Positions 24,707-38,329 of a stretch of DNA of 64,000 bases are shown here, piece by piece; within the stretch, counting starts at the first letter, position 1, and every line of letters begins with the position of its first letter. Location of the stretch: contig NW_013547021.1 in the NCBI RefSeq assembly GCF_000711695.1, forward strand, positions 62,001 to 126,000, in the 5' to 3' direction. This DNA comes from Tilletiaria anomala UBC 951. Lineage: Eukaryota. The notes under the pieces were generated by a model, which ran no database searches, was not told the origin of the DNA, and worked only from the letters and a program-made list of their open reading frames with translations. The position numbers were made by a program, and so were the translations under genes.

Positions 24707-26673
24707 TCAGTCTTTTGGATTCACTGAAGAGTCATCGACGACTATGACCTCCAATACCTTGTCAGCCTCGCCCACGAGGCCTAGTTTCCGCAGCAACTTT
24801 TTGTACTTGCGGCGCACAAAAGACAGATCAGGTCCGGAGACTGCATCTTTCAAGCGCTGCTGCAATTTCGGGGTAACGGACACGTCCCGCATCTCGTCCA
24901 AGGCGCGAAGAATGTACCCCACAACGGTCGTGTCTTTCAATGGATACTCATCGGACCTCATATAGCGGCCGATGGCCCCGACCGAGAGGGACTTTTCGTG
25001 CCACAAGTGGAATGCTTGTTGATATGTCGGCACGAAAGCAGATGGAGCAGCATCCACTGCGGCAGATGGTGACAACACGCTTCTGCTCGACAAATTGATT
25101 TGCTGCTGGACGAGCCTGTCATTGCCACGTGTTGCGCTGATCGTGACTGTCGCGTTGACCTTGCCCGCAGCCTTCTGGGCTGCGAAAGGATTCTGAAGAG
25201 CACTCTCCTGGAGTGCCCGCAAAACCTTGGGATGCAAAGGCTGAACAGTTGCTGATGCAGCCTCGTAGAGCTTTTCACAGTCGACTCCCGCGGGTTCGGA
25301 AGATATTGCGCGTTGCTGCAGAGTTGTGATGAAGAAGGAGAGAAGCTCGAGTCCAACATACGCGTCGCATGCGCCGTATTCAATTTGACTTTTTGTCAAA
25401 GGCGGCTTGCTCCATGTGCTCGTTCTGACTTCGCCCTTGAGCAATTTCTGTTGAAGGTGCACGCGGCAGAGATCACGCAGGGAGATGAGGTGCTTCCGTC
25501 CGGCCCATTCTTCAGGTGCTGCAACTTTGGCGAGTTGAGAAAGCTCGACAGCATTCCGAATTCCTATAGCGCTGCCATGAGGAAAGCAAAAGTTGAAGTT
25601 CAGCTAAAGGAGACGGTAACTTCTTTTCCGTGCGAGGCTTACAAGTCCCTGGCAAACTTCTTAGCATCATTTCCGATCGCGACGCCACACTTAATGATAC
25701 CCGGGTCGGTAAGAATCCTCTGTAGCGCGAGGGGAATCTGCTTCATGACTGATATATGAAGCACGACGATTAGCGATGCTGAGCATATCTGCACCACGGC
25801 GGTTGGGCACTCCGGCTGCCCCTGCAGATATCAAGTAAATGATTTAGTGCCAAGGAAACGTGTCGCAGGACCATCAGGAAGACTCACTCTGCGGGTGCTA
25901 ATATCCCATTCCATGCTTTTCGGATGTGAAATGCTGGTTGTTCAATAGCTGCCAGTTGCGCAGCTCGGTGTACGAACTCACTCAAAGCCCAGTGGCCCCG
26001 CTCCTAGGCACGCCAGCACTTCCTCTGCTTCTGACAAGTCTGCAGTGTAGCGAAGACTCGGCGCGTTTCTTTGCGATTGCTGGGGAGTTCCTGATAACTT
26101 TGCGGCAACGGCAAGCGAGTGGCCTAGGGGTCGCTTGTATGAATACGCCTGAAGGTTTATCTCGAGACGATCCTTCTCCAAATCTATCTCCTGTCTTGCT
26201 TGCCACCGCTGCACAGGAGTGCGAGCGATTTGCGCTGAAGGAGCTGCTTCCGATACAGCATCACCATCCCCGAAGCGTATTGGCCTGCCTGGCTTCCATG
26301 GTCCGCGTGAACCTGCAACTGGGAGTGTTGTACGGCTTCCGATGGTGGATGGCGAAGCGGATGTAGATGCAACTCTCTTCCGAGTTGAAAAATACGAGCC
26401 CTCCGATAGCTGCGATGAATTAACGTCCGTTGCTTTTGCCTTTCCCTTGCAACCTCTGATGGCAATCGCCATCTTGGCAGGTGGCAAGCATGAGAACAAA
26501 GCACACACTCGCCGCGTTTGGCGTGCAAATGGCGCAAAGGCCATCACAGCGGTAGTGCCTCTCATGGGCGGAGTCGCTACTACCTGTCTGATCACACCCT
26601 CTCGAAGCAGCCTGATGGGCTGCACACCTTCGCTTTGTAAACAGATGCTAGGAAGATGGAAAGATATTGACAA
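24707..26673 (-). CDS. DEDDy 3'-5' exonuclease (WRN-exo/EXD2-like); start uncertain; at least 4 exons
   Basis: Spliced LGFDMEW (ExoI), AVVQIC, KCGVAIGNDAKK (ExoII), VRTSTWS.PPLT.SQIEYGACDAY (ExoIII); possible C-terminal HTH region. Confidence 0.85.
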
Positions 26674-27017
26674 CTAAATTACTCGATTAGTTGTCTGCCA
26701 TACGACGCGCTCTTGCGATGAGCGGGATGAGAGCGCGAGGGCTGGGCCTGTTGAGCGCGCGCGCACACGCTCTGGGCTTCACCAATCAAATACTCGGCCA
26801 CAGCCAGACATCTATCACTCGCGACGCCGTCGCATAGACACGGTCGGAGACTTTCATGACTTGGTTCTATGGTAAATAATATTCTTTTCAAAGGCGCACA
26901 GGGTATGAACCTGAATGCAAGCAGGCGCGCTCGGTGAGGTACAAAGGCAAAGTGGCGAGAAGCTCTATTAGCAATACTGGTTGCGTGGAAGCATGAAATG
27001 GCGGCAGCTACGCAGGG

Positions 27018-27683
27018 TCACGGGGACAGCGACTGATTCCGCTGCCACGTGAGAGTAAGGGTAACAGGTTCATGCTATCATACCGCAGAGAAAAGGAAGA
27101 CGCTAATATTCAGACGCCAATGGTGGTTTGCATAGCACGGCAGAAGGTTGCTCACTTGAGTTCCTTGAGGCCAAGTCGAGGTAGTCCGTACTGTAAGCGT
27201 CCGGTGTGCGCCCTCGCCGTTGATCTTGAGCTCTTTGACAAGAACTGTGCCCAGCTCTTCTTCTCGGAGCGCCGATTGGACGAGTTCAAGCGATACTGCA
27301 TCCGGAATGCAACCCTCGTAGTCCATGTACATCGCTGACGGATGCGTGAGCTCGATTGGGCCCGTGTACAGGACCGTCGATGGCGCAGCTTCCGGTGCGT
27401 CTGAGTCTGCTTCGATGGAAGCTGTCACGTAGCCGTCGTCGCTGTAAATAAGTAACCCTTGCGGACGCGAGCCGAGGGGCATGGAGAACTCGCGGTGGGC
27501 AGAGTGCGCTTTCGCGTTCTTGAGACTCCAAGCACCAACGAGCTGCCCGAGGATGGCGGGTCCCTTCGGTGCTTCGACATTGCGCTGATGATGCTCCATG
27601 GTTGTCGCTTGACTTACATGGGAGGCGTCCGACTCCTTCTCCCAGAAGGAGGATGCGGAAGACGAGGGCATTGAGTCCATCAT
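27018..27683 (-). CDS. Lipocalin-like (Lipocalin_5-type) protein, 2 exons
   Basis: LVGAWSL, PLGSRPQGLLIYSDDGYVTASI, LYTG; after an intron, final exon VTLTLTWQR ends at TGA 27018. Confidence 0.75.
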
Positions 27684-29329
27684 TCTAGAAAGTAAAAATT
27701 TAAGGGAGGCAGGACTAACTTTCAGAGGAAAGGTATTGGTCAGGTGGCAGACAATTTGACCTGAACGAGAACTCGAGGTGTATTTGTACTGTCGCTAGCA
27801 TAAGCTTGGACGAGGGCCGCTTTCAAAGGACATCCTTGCGAAACTTGTCGTCAACCCCTTATCGAACTACACATCCGAAACTCACCACATGCACTTCCCA
27901 CATCGGGGCCGATGCTGTGGAAGAGTGGTGCGTTTATGTTCATTCTATCAGTTCTGTTTCATGCACCGCGTCGTCAGCAGCACGGCTAAGCGATTACTGT
28001 GGCTCGTTCTGAACTACACGTTGAAAATAAATTCCACGAACCCTCATTCACGCGGGCTTCCTGTCTTAAAATCGAGACTAGTCAAGTCGGGGATGGATGA
28101 ATGCCGAAGGAGGTACGGATGGACCGAGACTTGTTGACGATGCCTTTGAGGGAATGATCGAACAAGCCGGAAGCTCGGGTCCTCGGGAGTTAGGATGCGG
28201 GAAGGAGTATGATGACTATATTCCTACATGTTCATGTATGTACATATCCTTTGTATATGAGGACATGCATTCTCGCGATTCTGTAAATCATCGGTAGGAC
28301 ATCGTGAGGATCTGTCGTGACTAGGGCACCGCCGCGCGTGACCGACTGACGCCACATTTTGCACGTTTCTATAGCCTGTGTGGCGCATTGGGAAAAGCAG
28401 GAGTCGGAAGAGTCAGAAGCTCTAAATTTTTTCTTGGGCAGGACTGAAGATAGCCGAGCTGGTGATCAGCGCAAGTCTGTATAAGTTTCAAAAACGAGTG
28501 CTTTGCAGGACCGCTTATAGGCACGTTTGTTTGTTGAAAACGTCAATGACCGAAGCAATTGTCTCGTACCCTGGGCAAATGCCCAATCAATTTGGTATTA
28601 TCGCTCTCCTAGTTCGAATCTATATTTGGATAGATTGGCAAGCCGCCGCAGCCTATAATGGAAGTTCATCAGATGTCCCGGTCATGGCTACCGGGCACTG
28701 GCTACATGTACTTAAAAACTGGCTCCTAACCGGCTAGGTTCCGCCGACTTCCGGGCGCCAGCTGCAAGGCTGACCTCAGATTTTGGTCAATGCGTACTAG
28801 TGTGGCTGGAATCTGAAAAGGCGCTCGATGCGCTGTCAGCTGTTACACAGTTTCGAATTCCGGCTCTCTGACCTGTGGTGCATGTCGCGGTGCCCGAAAG
28901 GCGAAGGGCGCTTGTATAGTAGCCCTCATGGGGTAATCACTTCATCAGCGTTTCAACCCTGCCAACTGCCAAGCTTTTGCACATCTTTCTCACGAAAGGC
29001 TTGTCTCTACCGGAAACTCAAAGGACAAGGAGTTACCGGTTCCGGGATGTGGAAGGCATGATATATAATTTGAAAAACGTGATCTCATCTTTTTCTCTAT
29101 CACCATCAAGATCAGCAAAGATTTCGAGGCACTGTCTCAACTCTTGATCACCCTATACGAGTAAAGATATTCGTTCGTCATTTGCACACGTTCACGAGCG
29201 ACAGGTTTCAAGTTCGTCATCACATTACACTCGAAATCAATTGTCCGTGTTAAGAGGGCCTGACGCATAAAGCATATGCCTGGTAACATGAGGCGCTCGG
29301 CACGCTGTAAGAGCCATGAGCGACGAGGC

Positions 29330-30330
29330 ACGGAAGGCGCAAATAAACTGTATCGGACTGCGATAGGCTGGTAGGCTGAGCTCGAGCACAGTGGCCGTGG
29401 TCGTGGAGGTCAACGAAGAGCAGGCGTTCTTGACATCACAATATACCAGTGTATCACAGGTGTGATTGGAACCGAAATGATGTGAAACATCGAAGAAGGA
29501 AAGAATCCATGCCGATGATCTCTTCAAATTTAAACGCAAGATAATAAGGACGATTAAAAAAACAAAGTTAACATGTACGTACAATTCTTTCCAAGTCAAA
29601 GTTGTGAAAGTCACGTGTGACCCTACGTGCTGTCTGTGCCTCATGCCTGGCGCCTGCTCGCGGCTGGCCGCTGATGACAGCTGGGCCGCCGGCTACCGGC
29701 TACCAAGAGTGGCAAAGCGTGATGAGAGGCATTGCGAAGTAGGACGGCAGACGGCAGGCTCACCGGCTCAGTGTAGCCAGGTGCTACAAACGTACTAGTT
29801 CATACCTGCTCTGCTGGTCCGGGTCAAACCGGACCGTCTCGACAATTAAAGGCCAATGGCCGAGTCGAAAATCAGGCGGACGTGCCGAGGCCCGAAGAAC
29901 CAGAGCTAACTTCAAGATGTTTGTCGATATGCAGGGCTTATGTATATTATGTAAGATCACTCGGCGAATGCTGGCTAAGCAGGTATGGATATAGATCCCC
30001 GCGGTTCCACCAGCCTTCACCTCGCAAACTGCGGCAGCTAAGATTGTGGCAAGGTTGCAGTTGGCATCAACGTTGCCGGCGACAGACGTGTTGCTAAGCT
30101 CTTGGATGACGTGTTCAATATCGTTGGACATGAATTTGGCAGGCACCGGGGTGAGGTCAGGACCTGATGAACCGATTTTTATGTCACCGTGGCTCGCCTT
30201 TGGGCAGGCAGATCGGAACCTCCAGAGAACAGTGCCGGACGCAGAGTGGTCAGTGAAAGTTACTTTCTGGACGGAGACTTCAGTAAAATTGTTGGGGACT
30301 AGATACATTAAGAGAATGCGATGAGATGCG
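29330..30330 (-). pseudogene. Possible degraded exons of an unidentified Cys-containing protein
   Basis: The 29990-30300 segment has C/G-ending codon bias and starts after an acceptor-like TCTAG; a second Cys-rich piece (NHTCDTLVYCDVKNAC) lies near 29330-29480; no coherent start-to-stop model. Confidence 0.3.
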
Positions 30331-32413
30331 TGTGACTACTAGTATGCGATGCGAGAAAGGTGTTTCACACGCAAAAGACGTGCTGCACATGTCAAACAAG
30401 GATGCTGCTTGATCGAAGCTGAACCTTATCTGTGTTTGCTACATTCGCCGCTGTGGCCGAACGATTCGACGGTCGCTCCTGGTGACAACCGACGGTCGGC
30501 CGGTGACAGACTCCAGTACCTTGCCCACAAAGCTGGACCTCTGGATGTTGCGTCACGGCCCGTCTGCCACAGCCTATTTAGTTTGAGGCATGTCTTAGGC
30601 TCTCGCCACGCATCTTCGCATCCTGGCGCACGCATTGATAGATGGAAACCAGCTGTGAGAATATGTGAGTGGCTGTATATAAGAGATTTGCTGATGAGAT
30701 TAAGGACAGAACAGGGAAGGTGGGTCGTTCTCAGTGCTCTCGCTAACTTCTATCTCTCGTCGGTGCTGCCTCCAGGTTCAAGTCGGCCGACACCTGCGGA
30801 GTGCGGACACGGCCACACTTTCGACCATTTCGTCTGAGAACGGGTGGCCGTTCTCCTGGGTATGTTGAAGAGTTTCACGCGTAATTTGTCACGATTCAAG
30901 TACATCTCTTTAACTCCGGGCTATGGCCGCAAGTCGTTTGGCGCCTGGCGTCTCGCGTGCAGCCTCCCAAGTCAGTGTTTCGTTCTTCTTCCTTGTCCTT
31001 GATCCTTCCGTATCTGGCGTATCGGTGCCGCGTCGGTGTTGGTGCCGGCGCCTGAGCGGCAGCGGCTGACCGTGCTATATATATATATATATGCATTGAC
31101 CACGCTCCACCGCTGTTCTGCTGTCCCAAAGAGATGTTTACGTTAATGACAGAGAAGAGCGGCGGCTGTTGGTTTATACACCAATATCGGTTTACTTGGT
31201 GCCACAACGATGGCACTTTGGAAAAGGCTGCAGCCCCATTCCGTTCGATTTTTGGCGGCTCAGAGTATGTCCCAGCAATCGTTTGGGGGCAGCTGTGACA
31301 GTTGAGCAATGATTACTTCCTAGGGCTCACTCGAGACAGTGTTGACTTCCGTAATGAGGCCTTGACGGACAGTATGGCCGTCCAGCTCCTCAAGAGAAGG
31401 AAGTTGCGGAATTTTATGGATGAATTGCGCCTTCGAAATATGCTTCTACCGTCCATTTAACTGGAGCTGCACTCAGTGTAGGCAGGCGGGAATCCGAAGG
31501 TAGCCAACATCAAAAATGTCTCGTCGGAAGACGGCAGAGACTCTGAGAAGCAGCATTGGCCTTCCCAAGTAAAGAGACAGACACACTTGCGGACTCTTCG
31601 TTTCCGCCATGACTGAGGCGCTGTGCTTTTAGAGCGCATATAATCAAGGTGCACCACAATGTTCCGTGCTTGAGGCGAATGGTTTTAATTAGATGAGGCT
31701 CAATTTCGTGCTTCAGCTCAAGGATACACCTGAATCCAAACGGATGCCTATATAAAAGTTGATCAGTAAAGCGTATCAGCCCCTTCCATGGCGTCTATGA
31801 GTGTCCACGTTCCCACCTAGTGCCAATGTCGAGCCTTGGAACACTGTAGAAAGCTGTACCTTGGCAGACGTGCGGCATTGAGATCAATGAATAGGACGAT
31901 GGATCAATAATACTCGCATCAGTGCCAGATTGCACGATAAAGATCTTGCCAAGCCGTCCAAATCGCATGTGTGACACAAGAGGGGCAGACAGGGAAAGGT
32001 CGTCGCAGAGTGCGAGGGCTAAATAAGTAATGTGCACCTTGTACAAGGTGAAGTGACAGTAGGTTGGAAGTGAAAAATTGGAAGCGAAGACGTGGAAGCG
32101 AAGCCTCAACTGCAAAGATTGCTGGAGGCGCACTGTGAGGAGCCGCAATGAGTTCGAGCGGAGCAGGGCTGAGCCCCTCTTCCAAAGTGCCATCAGAGTC
32201 ACACGAAGAAATAGGTGTGTAAAGCAACAGGTGAGAGCAGCGCGAGTGTTGGAGCGCAGTTGTAGATAATGTACCTACCAGAATTGTAGCGGCGAAGTCA
32301 GTAATTGGACTATATATTTAATTACGCAGTAACAAGGTTTATGGAGATTTTTGGCATGGCGCTAGTGCGACCCGGCCCGGCCACGCCTCGCCAACTGCTC
32401 ATTTAGAGCTTCG

Positions 32414-32422
32414 TATATAAAA
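32414..32422 (+). promoter_or_regulatory. TATA box upstream of the MFS transporter
   Basis: TATATAAAA about 120 nt before the ATG at 32536. Confidence 0.55.
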
Positions 32423-32535
32423 CACGGCAACAGCATCTGCCAACCTGGGCATTAGGCTTTCCCCCTGCTCGTGCCATACCACCTTGCACGTGGTTCGCGA
32501 GACGATCCCAGCCTGCTGAAGATTGAAGAGAGCAA

Positions 32536-34894
32536 ATGAGCTCGACACACGCGACGATGATGTCGACGAACCTTGACTCTCAAGTGTCCCCATCACCAAG
32601 CCGAAGCTCCACAACAGCAGCGGGCGCAGCCGAGCGCTTGCCTTCGGCCGACCCAAGCGAGCTGCCGTTCGCTAGCAAGGATGGAGAAAAAGATAACTTA
32701 GACCTGACGCGGAGCGAGCGCGATCAGTTAGGTGTTGAGCTCGACCCGACCGATCGCGAGCTGCTCAAGGAAGTGCATCAGCGGTCCAAGAGTCTTGACC
32801 GAAAACCCTCAATGTCATTCGTGGAGCCGCCAGGGCGGCGAGCGCCGCGTCCCACGGACGAGAAGCAGCTGGAAGACGGCTTTGCGGGTGGGCTCAAGCC
32901 GACACGCACTTTTTCTCGGCGCGATCGTGAAGCTTCCTATGCGGGAGAAGACGTGCACATGTTCGGCGGAGACCTGCACCGGCAGGAGACAGAGTTGGCG
33001 CTGTCGAGGTTCGAGAGTCAAGCAGGCAGGGATCAGATCGTCGTCCACTGGGAAGGGGAGGACGATAGTGAGAACCCAAAGAACTGGAGCAGGGCGTATC
33101 GCTGGTACCTCACTGCGCTTTCCGGCGTTCTGGTTCTCAATTCGTAAGTTCAAATGTGGTCATATGCCGGGTCTTATCAATGATGCTAATTTTGTGGACT
33201 TCCACCTTCCCGGATGGCCAACAGAACATTCACATCGTCGGCGCCGAGTGGCATCCTGGCCATGCTGGAGAAGGACTTGCATATGTCGCAAGAGGTAGCA
33301 ACCTTGACGATTGCCATCTTCGTCGCGGGCTACTGTCTTGGCCCTCTTGTCTGGGGTCCATTGTCGGAGCGGAAAGGCCGCTATCCATGCTTCATTATTG
33401 CTCTCACGGCATACACTGCCTTTAACATTGGCTGCGCACTCAGCAAGAACACTGCCTCGATGCTCGTCTTCCGTTTTTTGGCCGGCTCGTTCGCCTCTAG
33501 TCCGTTGACCACAAGTGGAGGAATCATTGCAGACGTATGGGATGCCAAGACGCGGGGCCTGGCGCTGAGTCTCTTCTCGCTCGCGCCTTTTGCAGGACCA
33601 GCTGTGAGTGGCAGGAGAAACCCTTCTTTCCTTTTTGATTAGCATGGCCATGCTGACGGCTGCGCAAACAGCTCGGTCCCATTGTCTCTGGTGCGATCAG
33701 TGTCACTGATACTAACTGGCGCTGGCTTTTCTGGGTCGTAAGTCGCGCCAGACGTTCACTCTTATCGAGTAGCACTTTGACGCCTGGCCTTCTAACCTCC
33801 TTCCCCTCATTCGACCAGTGCACCATCTTCTCGGGTGTCTGCTGCATCGTGACTGCGGTGACGCTGCGTGAGACGTACGCGCCGATCATCCTGGTCCGCA
33901 AGGCCAGACGGATCCGCAAAGAGACCGGCAGCGAGAAATATGTCGCGCCGCTGGAGCTGGCGCCCCTCAAAGCGAAGGACCTGCTGCACGCGACGCTACT
34001 CAAGCCCTTCGCCATGCTGTTCATGGAGCCGATGCTGCTCGCGCTTACTGTCTACCTCTCTTTCGTCTACGGCATTGTCTATTTGTTGTTCGAGGGTCAG
34101 TCTGCGCGCGTGTGGTGTGATGAGGATGGGGAATCCAAGCTGATCAGCGCGTCGTCACCCACAGCCTTCCCGTTCGTGTTCCAAGGCGTGTACGGCTTCA
34201 ACTCGCTTGTCAGCGGCCTGATGTTCCTGCCGTTCTTCCTTGGTGGCGTAGTAGGAACGATCCTGTACGCGGTGATCGAGAACCCGCGCTACGTCCGCAT
34301 GGCCGATCAGGCGAGGAACGGGCGCGTCGCGCCGGAGCAGCGTCTGCTCATTGTCATGATTGCCGGGCCGGCGCTCGCCATCTCCTTCTTCTGGTTCGGC
34401 TGGACTTCGTACCGCAGCATCAGCTTCTGGTGCCCGATGATGGCCGGCGCCCTGCTCGGCTTTTCCATCTTGTTCATCTTCTTGGGGTGAGTTCCTCTTC
34501 CTCCTGCTCGCAAACACAAGCCGTGGAGCAGTCGGATTGACGCGCTTTCTTCACAGCCTCTTCAATTACATTGTTGATGCGTATATCGCGAACGCTGCGT
34601 CCGCTCTCGCTGCGAACACCGTCTGTCGGTCCGCTTTCGGAGTGGGATTCCCAATGTTCGCCGCTCAGATGTACACTGTGAGCTCCAGTTGTGCAATCGA
34701 GGTCTTGTGGAAGCATGTATAAGACTGACAATGACCTCCGTCATCTGCCTCTCCCTCGTGTACAGCGCCTCAACCAGCACTGGGCTTCCACGCTCTTGGG
34801 CTGCATCGGTGTCCTGCTCGCGCCAGTGCCATTTGTGCTGTACGCCTATGGGCCAAAACTGCGTGCGATGTCGAAGCACGCTGCCGACTTTTGA
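32536..34894 (+). CDS. MFS drug:H+ antiporter, DHA1 family (Tpo/Flr1-like), multi-exon
   Basis: W.GEDD.ENPKNWS, GPLVWGPLSERKGR, FRFLAG.F.SSPL...GG.IAD.W, WRWLFW, ETYAPIIL, PEQRL, ASALAANTVCRS.FG.GFPMF. Confidence 0.95.
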
Positions 34895-35982
34895 GCCCCT
34901 TGCTTCCGCTCTACCTCCCACTCCCGCATTTGCACGGACATGTGCCATTCGCTCGGGACGTTCACTGCACCCGTCGGGTTATTTCGCGCGGAACTCCCAC
35001 CCTGCTAAATGAAACGCTATACATCGCTTTTCCTTTTGCTTCGCTATTCACTCACAATCATTACCATAGTCCACATTCTCTCCACATAGAAAGCCCTGTC
35101 GCACTTGGCATCTTGTGTTCTTGCAATACTAATACATGGCATTGACATGGGATGGAGTACAGGTTGCGAAAGCCTCGCGAGTCGCGACCAGCGAGCAACC
35201 AGCCACACTCATGGCTTCTGGCCCTGTAGTGTTGGAGCCGCAGTCCCTGGCCGGATTCGCATCCTTGGCCGTCGGCATGCAGAATGGTCGGTATGAAGGG
35301 GCAGTTTGTTGCAAGAGGGGCCTATCCAACAATGTCGTGCCAAGCTGGGCAAGACTGCCGGTTCCAGCAGCGCCTCGAGACGCCCAAGCGCCGTCGCTGC
35401 CACAGGACGTTGCAGGCTGCGCAAAGTCGCCCAGACTCCGACCGCTTGCTTCTCCAAATGTATGGACATAAAAGTATTACTGCCTTTCTATCAAGCTGGG
35501 TCGAAAGTCCCAGCCGTGGCCGATCGCTGCCCAGGGAGAGATTGGACTTCTCATTTGCTGTTACCTGTGGAGCCTTCTGGGCTCTGTTGCCGATCTGTGT
35601 TCTACAGTCTGGTCTCTTCCAGCAGTTCTCGTGGGGTGCAACTCGTATTGTGTCTGGGTTCTTTTTTTTCGCTCACCCCAGACTGCATCCCGTACGTCTG
35701 CGGTGACCCGTATGCACCACACGAAGGAGAGATATTGCTCCATCGCTGCGCCGCCACCGGAAAGCTGAAAAAAAAGAAGAAAAAAAGATGGCCTGTGACT
35801 TGTGCGGGGAACTGCGACATCGACATCTTAACCCCGCACCCGGCATTGGACGCTCGACGACGACAGCGGAGGTTCGCATTGCTCTCACATATACCGCGGT
35901 CTTCCTCGCTCCCTTCTTCGTATTGACACTGACTCGTGTCTTGTACGGCGCTTGAAGCAGAGTCCTTCCGTCGCCTCCGCCA

Positions 35983-37584
35983 GTGCCGCCAACAGCAGCA
36001 CACCCGACCATGGTCACCTCATTATCTTCATCGCTGCCTCCGGTGCCCAGGACGCCGGTCTCATCCACGAGCACAATGGAGAGCCCGATGGCAGCGCAGC
36101 CCTCATCGTCTGCGCCTTCGGACCCGGTGTATGGGCGGCTGAACATCCAGCCGCTGTTCAGGGCCGCTGCCTGCTCACAGCAGTACGTGCGCTGGTCCTA
36201 CACCGGCACGCAGAGCTCCAGCGCCAACCTGACCATCTTTACTTCCACGTCCAACTTCCCGACAGAGCATGGCGTACCCGTCGAGAATAGCGCACAGCAG
36301 ACTCAGGTGATCAGCGACACTGTTCCCATCAACATAGGGTACTTTAACTGGTCGCCCGTCAACGTCCCGCCGGGAACGTACAAGCTACAGATTAGTGTGC
36401 CGGACTCTCATCTATCGTCGACATCCTCCCTCTTCGACATCCTCTCCTCCTCGAATACCAAGTGCCTGTCTTCCACCAGCATCAAGTACACCGGCAACGA
36501 AAGCGAGGGCGAGATTGATGGCTCGAGAGCCTCGGGCAGTGGCGATGGTGCCAGCACAAAATTACGCACCGTCGTGCCGGCCATCGCCGTACCCGTATTT
36601 GTCATCGGCATGCTCGCCCTCACCATCATCTATTGGCGCCGGAAGCACCACCGTCACCAAAAAGCGCTCTCTGCACGCATCTACCGCTCCTCTGCTCTGC
36701 CGCCGCTCGAAGGGCCGTATCGCGATGCATACGATTCAGCGACGGCGGCCGGTAGCAAGCGACTCCCATCGCCATGGAGCGAGAGGTTGGGCGGCTTCCC
36801 CAGCCCCAAGAGCCCACCGCGCGCGACGTCGACGCAGAAGCTGAACGACAATGACTCTGGTGCGTTCGGATACGCAGACGCATACGCATACTCAATCAGG
36901 GACAACAACAACAGCAGCAAGCATCGATCCGTTGCTTCGTACCGCAACGATCCTTCGCAGACGCGCGACAAGGACTCGTGGTCCGACTTCGAGAACGACG
37001 ACGCCGAGTCCCGTGCGAGCGACGCCTTCGAGGACACCCAGGACGGCGGGCCGTACATGCCAAAGTCTCCCGCAGGCGTCTACCACCATTTCATGCACAG
37101 CGCCGCGTCCGACCGGCCTGCGTCGCTGCAGCACATGCAGATGCGTCCCGACGCGTTGGTGGCGGGCATGGATGCGCACCTTATCGATCCGCAAGTTGGC
37201 ACGGGTGGGTATGCGCATGCACACGGCTGCGAAGAGCCCTCGTCACCGCGTTCGCCGTCGAGCCCGACGAACCACAGCTTCTCACTGCTGCGCAAGCCCG
37301 TGCCGACATTTGCGGCGAGCCGCGATGCGTCGGCCGCGTACGCGGCGGATGGGCATCTCAACGACGTCGACGGCAGCCCCGCAGCAGGAAAGGCACGTGA
37401 GCATGACTTCTTCGCGGACACACAGGCGCCAGCCGCCGCGTTTACCGTCGCGCGGCATCACGATAGTTCACCGCATGCCATCAGCGGCGGCGTCGGGGTC
37501 AACGAGACGCTGGCGCATCAGGCAGCCACCGTGGGCAAAGCGCAGCATCAGCTCGCCGTCAATGGGCCTGTCTCGTACTTCTGA
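35983..37584 (+). CDS. Single-pass membrane protein with a Ser/Thr-rich N-terminal domain and a disordered tail; 5' end uncertain
   Basis: 533-codon ORF; CSQQYVRWSY...FNWSPVNVPPGTYKL; TM segment VVPAIAVPVFVIGMLALTIIYW followed by RRK. A branch site and acceptor at ~35929-35961 suggest an upstream exon. Confidence 0.75.
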   Translation: MPPTAAHPTMVTSLSSSLPPVPRTPVSSTSTMESPMAAQPSSSAPSDPVYGRLNIQPLFRAAACSQQYVRWSYTGTQSSSANLTIFTSTSNFPTEHGVPVENSAQQTQVISDTVPINIGYFNWSPVNVPPGTYKLQISVPDSHLSSTSSLFDILSSSNTKCLSSTSIKYTGNESEGEIDGSRASGSGDGASTKLRTVVPAIAVPVFVIGMLALTIIYWRRKHHRHQKALSARIYRSSALPPLEGPYRDAYDSATAAGSKRLPSPWSERLGGFPSPKSPPRATSTQKLNDNDSGAFGYADAYAYSIRDNNNSSKHRSVASYRNDPSQTRDKDSWSDFENDDAESRASDAFEDTQDGGPYMPKSPAGVYHHFMHSAASDRPASLQHMQMRPDALVAGMDAHLIDPQVGTGGYAHAHGCEEPSSPRSPSSPTNHSFSLLRKPVPTFAASRDASAAYAADGHLNDVDGSPAAGKAREHDFFADTQAPAAAFTVARHHDSSPHAISGGVGVNETLAHQAATVGKAQHQLAVNGPVSYF

Positions 37585-38329
37585 TTTTGCGCGCCATGCT
37601 CTTGTCAACCGCTTGGACAATCGTCGCCATCCCCTTGCGCGCGACTCTGACCCAGAGATTCGCATACCTTTGTTTGCATGCGGACTCCTGTCCCCCTGCT
37701 TGTATTTGCATTTAAAACTGAAACGGAGTGATCTATTCCATGGCACTCTTTCTGGTCCATTTCTCTACTTTCAGGCGTCAAGCACACTCCAGAAAATTGC
37801 ACATCCTGCCGGGACTACCTGTCGCCGTCTGTCTGTCTACCTGCTTACTGTTTCGCTCGCTCTTCACCCATTGTCAGAGAACCTTTCAAGACTGCAGCTT
37901 GGCTGACGCGCTTGCCGCTTGTTGCATATGGGAAGTGTGAAGACATGGCTGTGCGCCGACGCCGCACTGTCGTAATTTGTACATAAGATGCATATGGCAA
38001 TCATACATCCCTACCCACGTCGCCTATTTTCACTTTTCAATCGTCGTCGCTCCCTTCCCATCGCCACACGCGTCGGACGTGAGCGTCGCGTCTTCATTTC
38101 TTGCGGGCAGAAGGTTGCAATCGGGATAAACGTGTTTCTTGAGGGGCTCGTTTTCGGCTTCATAATCTTCTTCATGATGCGTAGTACGCCATGTGGCAAC
38201 ACTATATCGCATCCCACACCCGACATCGAAACCTGAACACTTGAAATCAACACCGCCTGACCATGTCTTGTTTCATTTTGGAGAGCCGAAAGCTCCTTCG
38301 TGACCGAATCTCGCACAGGGACAGCTCGC

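Noticed and set aside
28610..28625. GTTCGAATC, a T-loop/B-box-like motif
   Set aside because: No cloverleaf stems around it, so not a tRNA.
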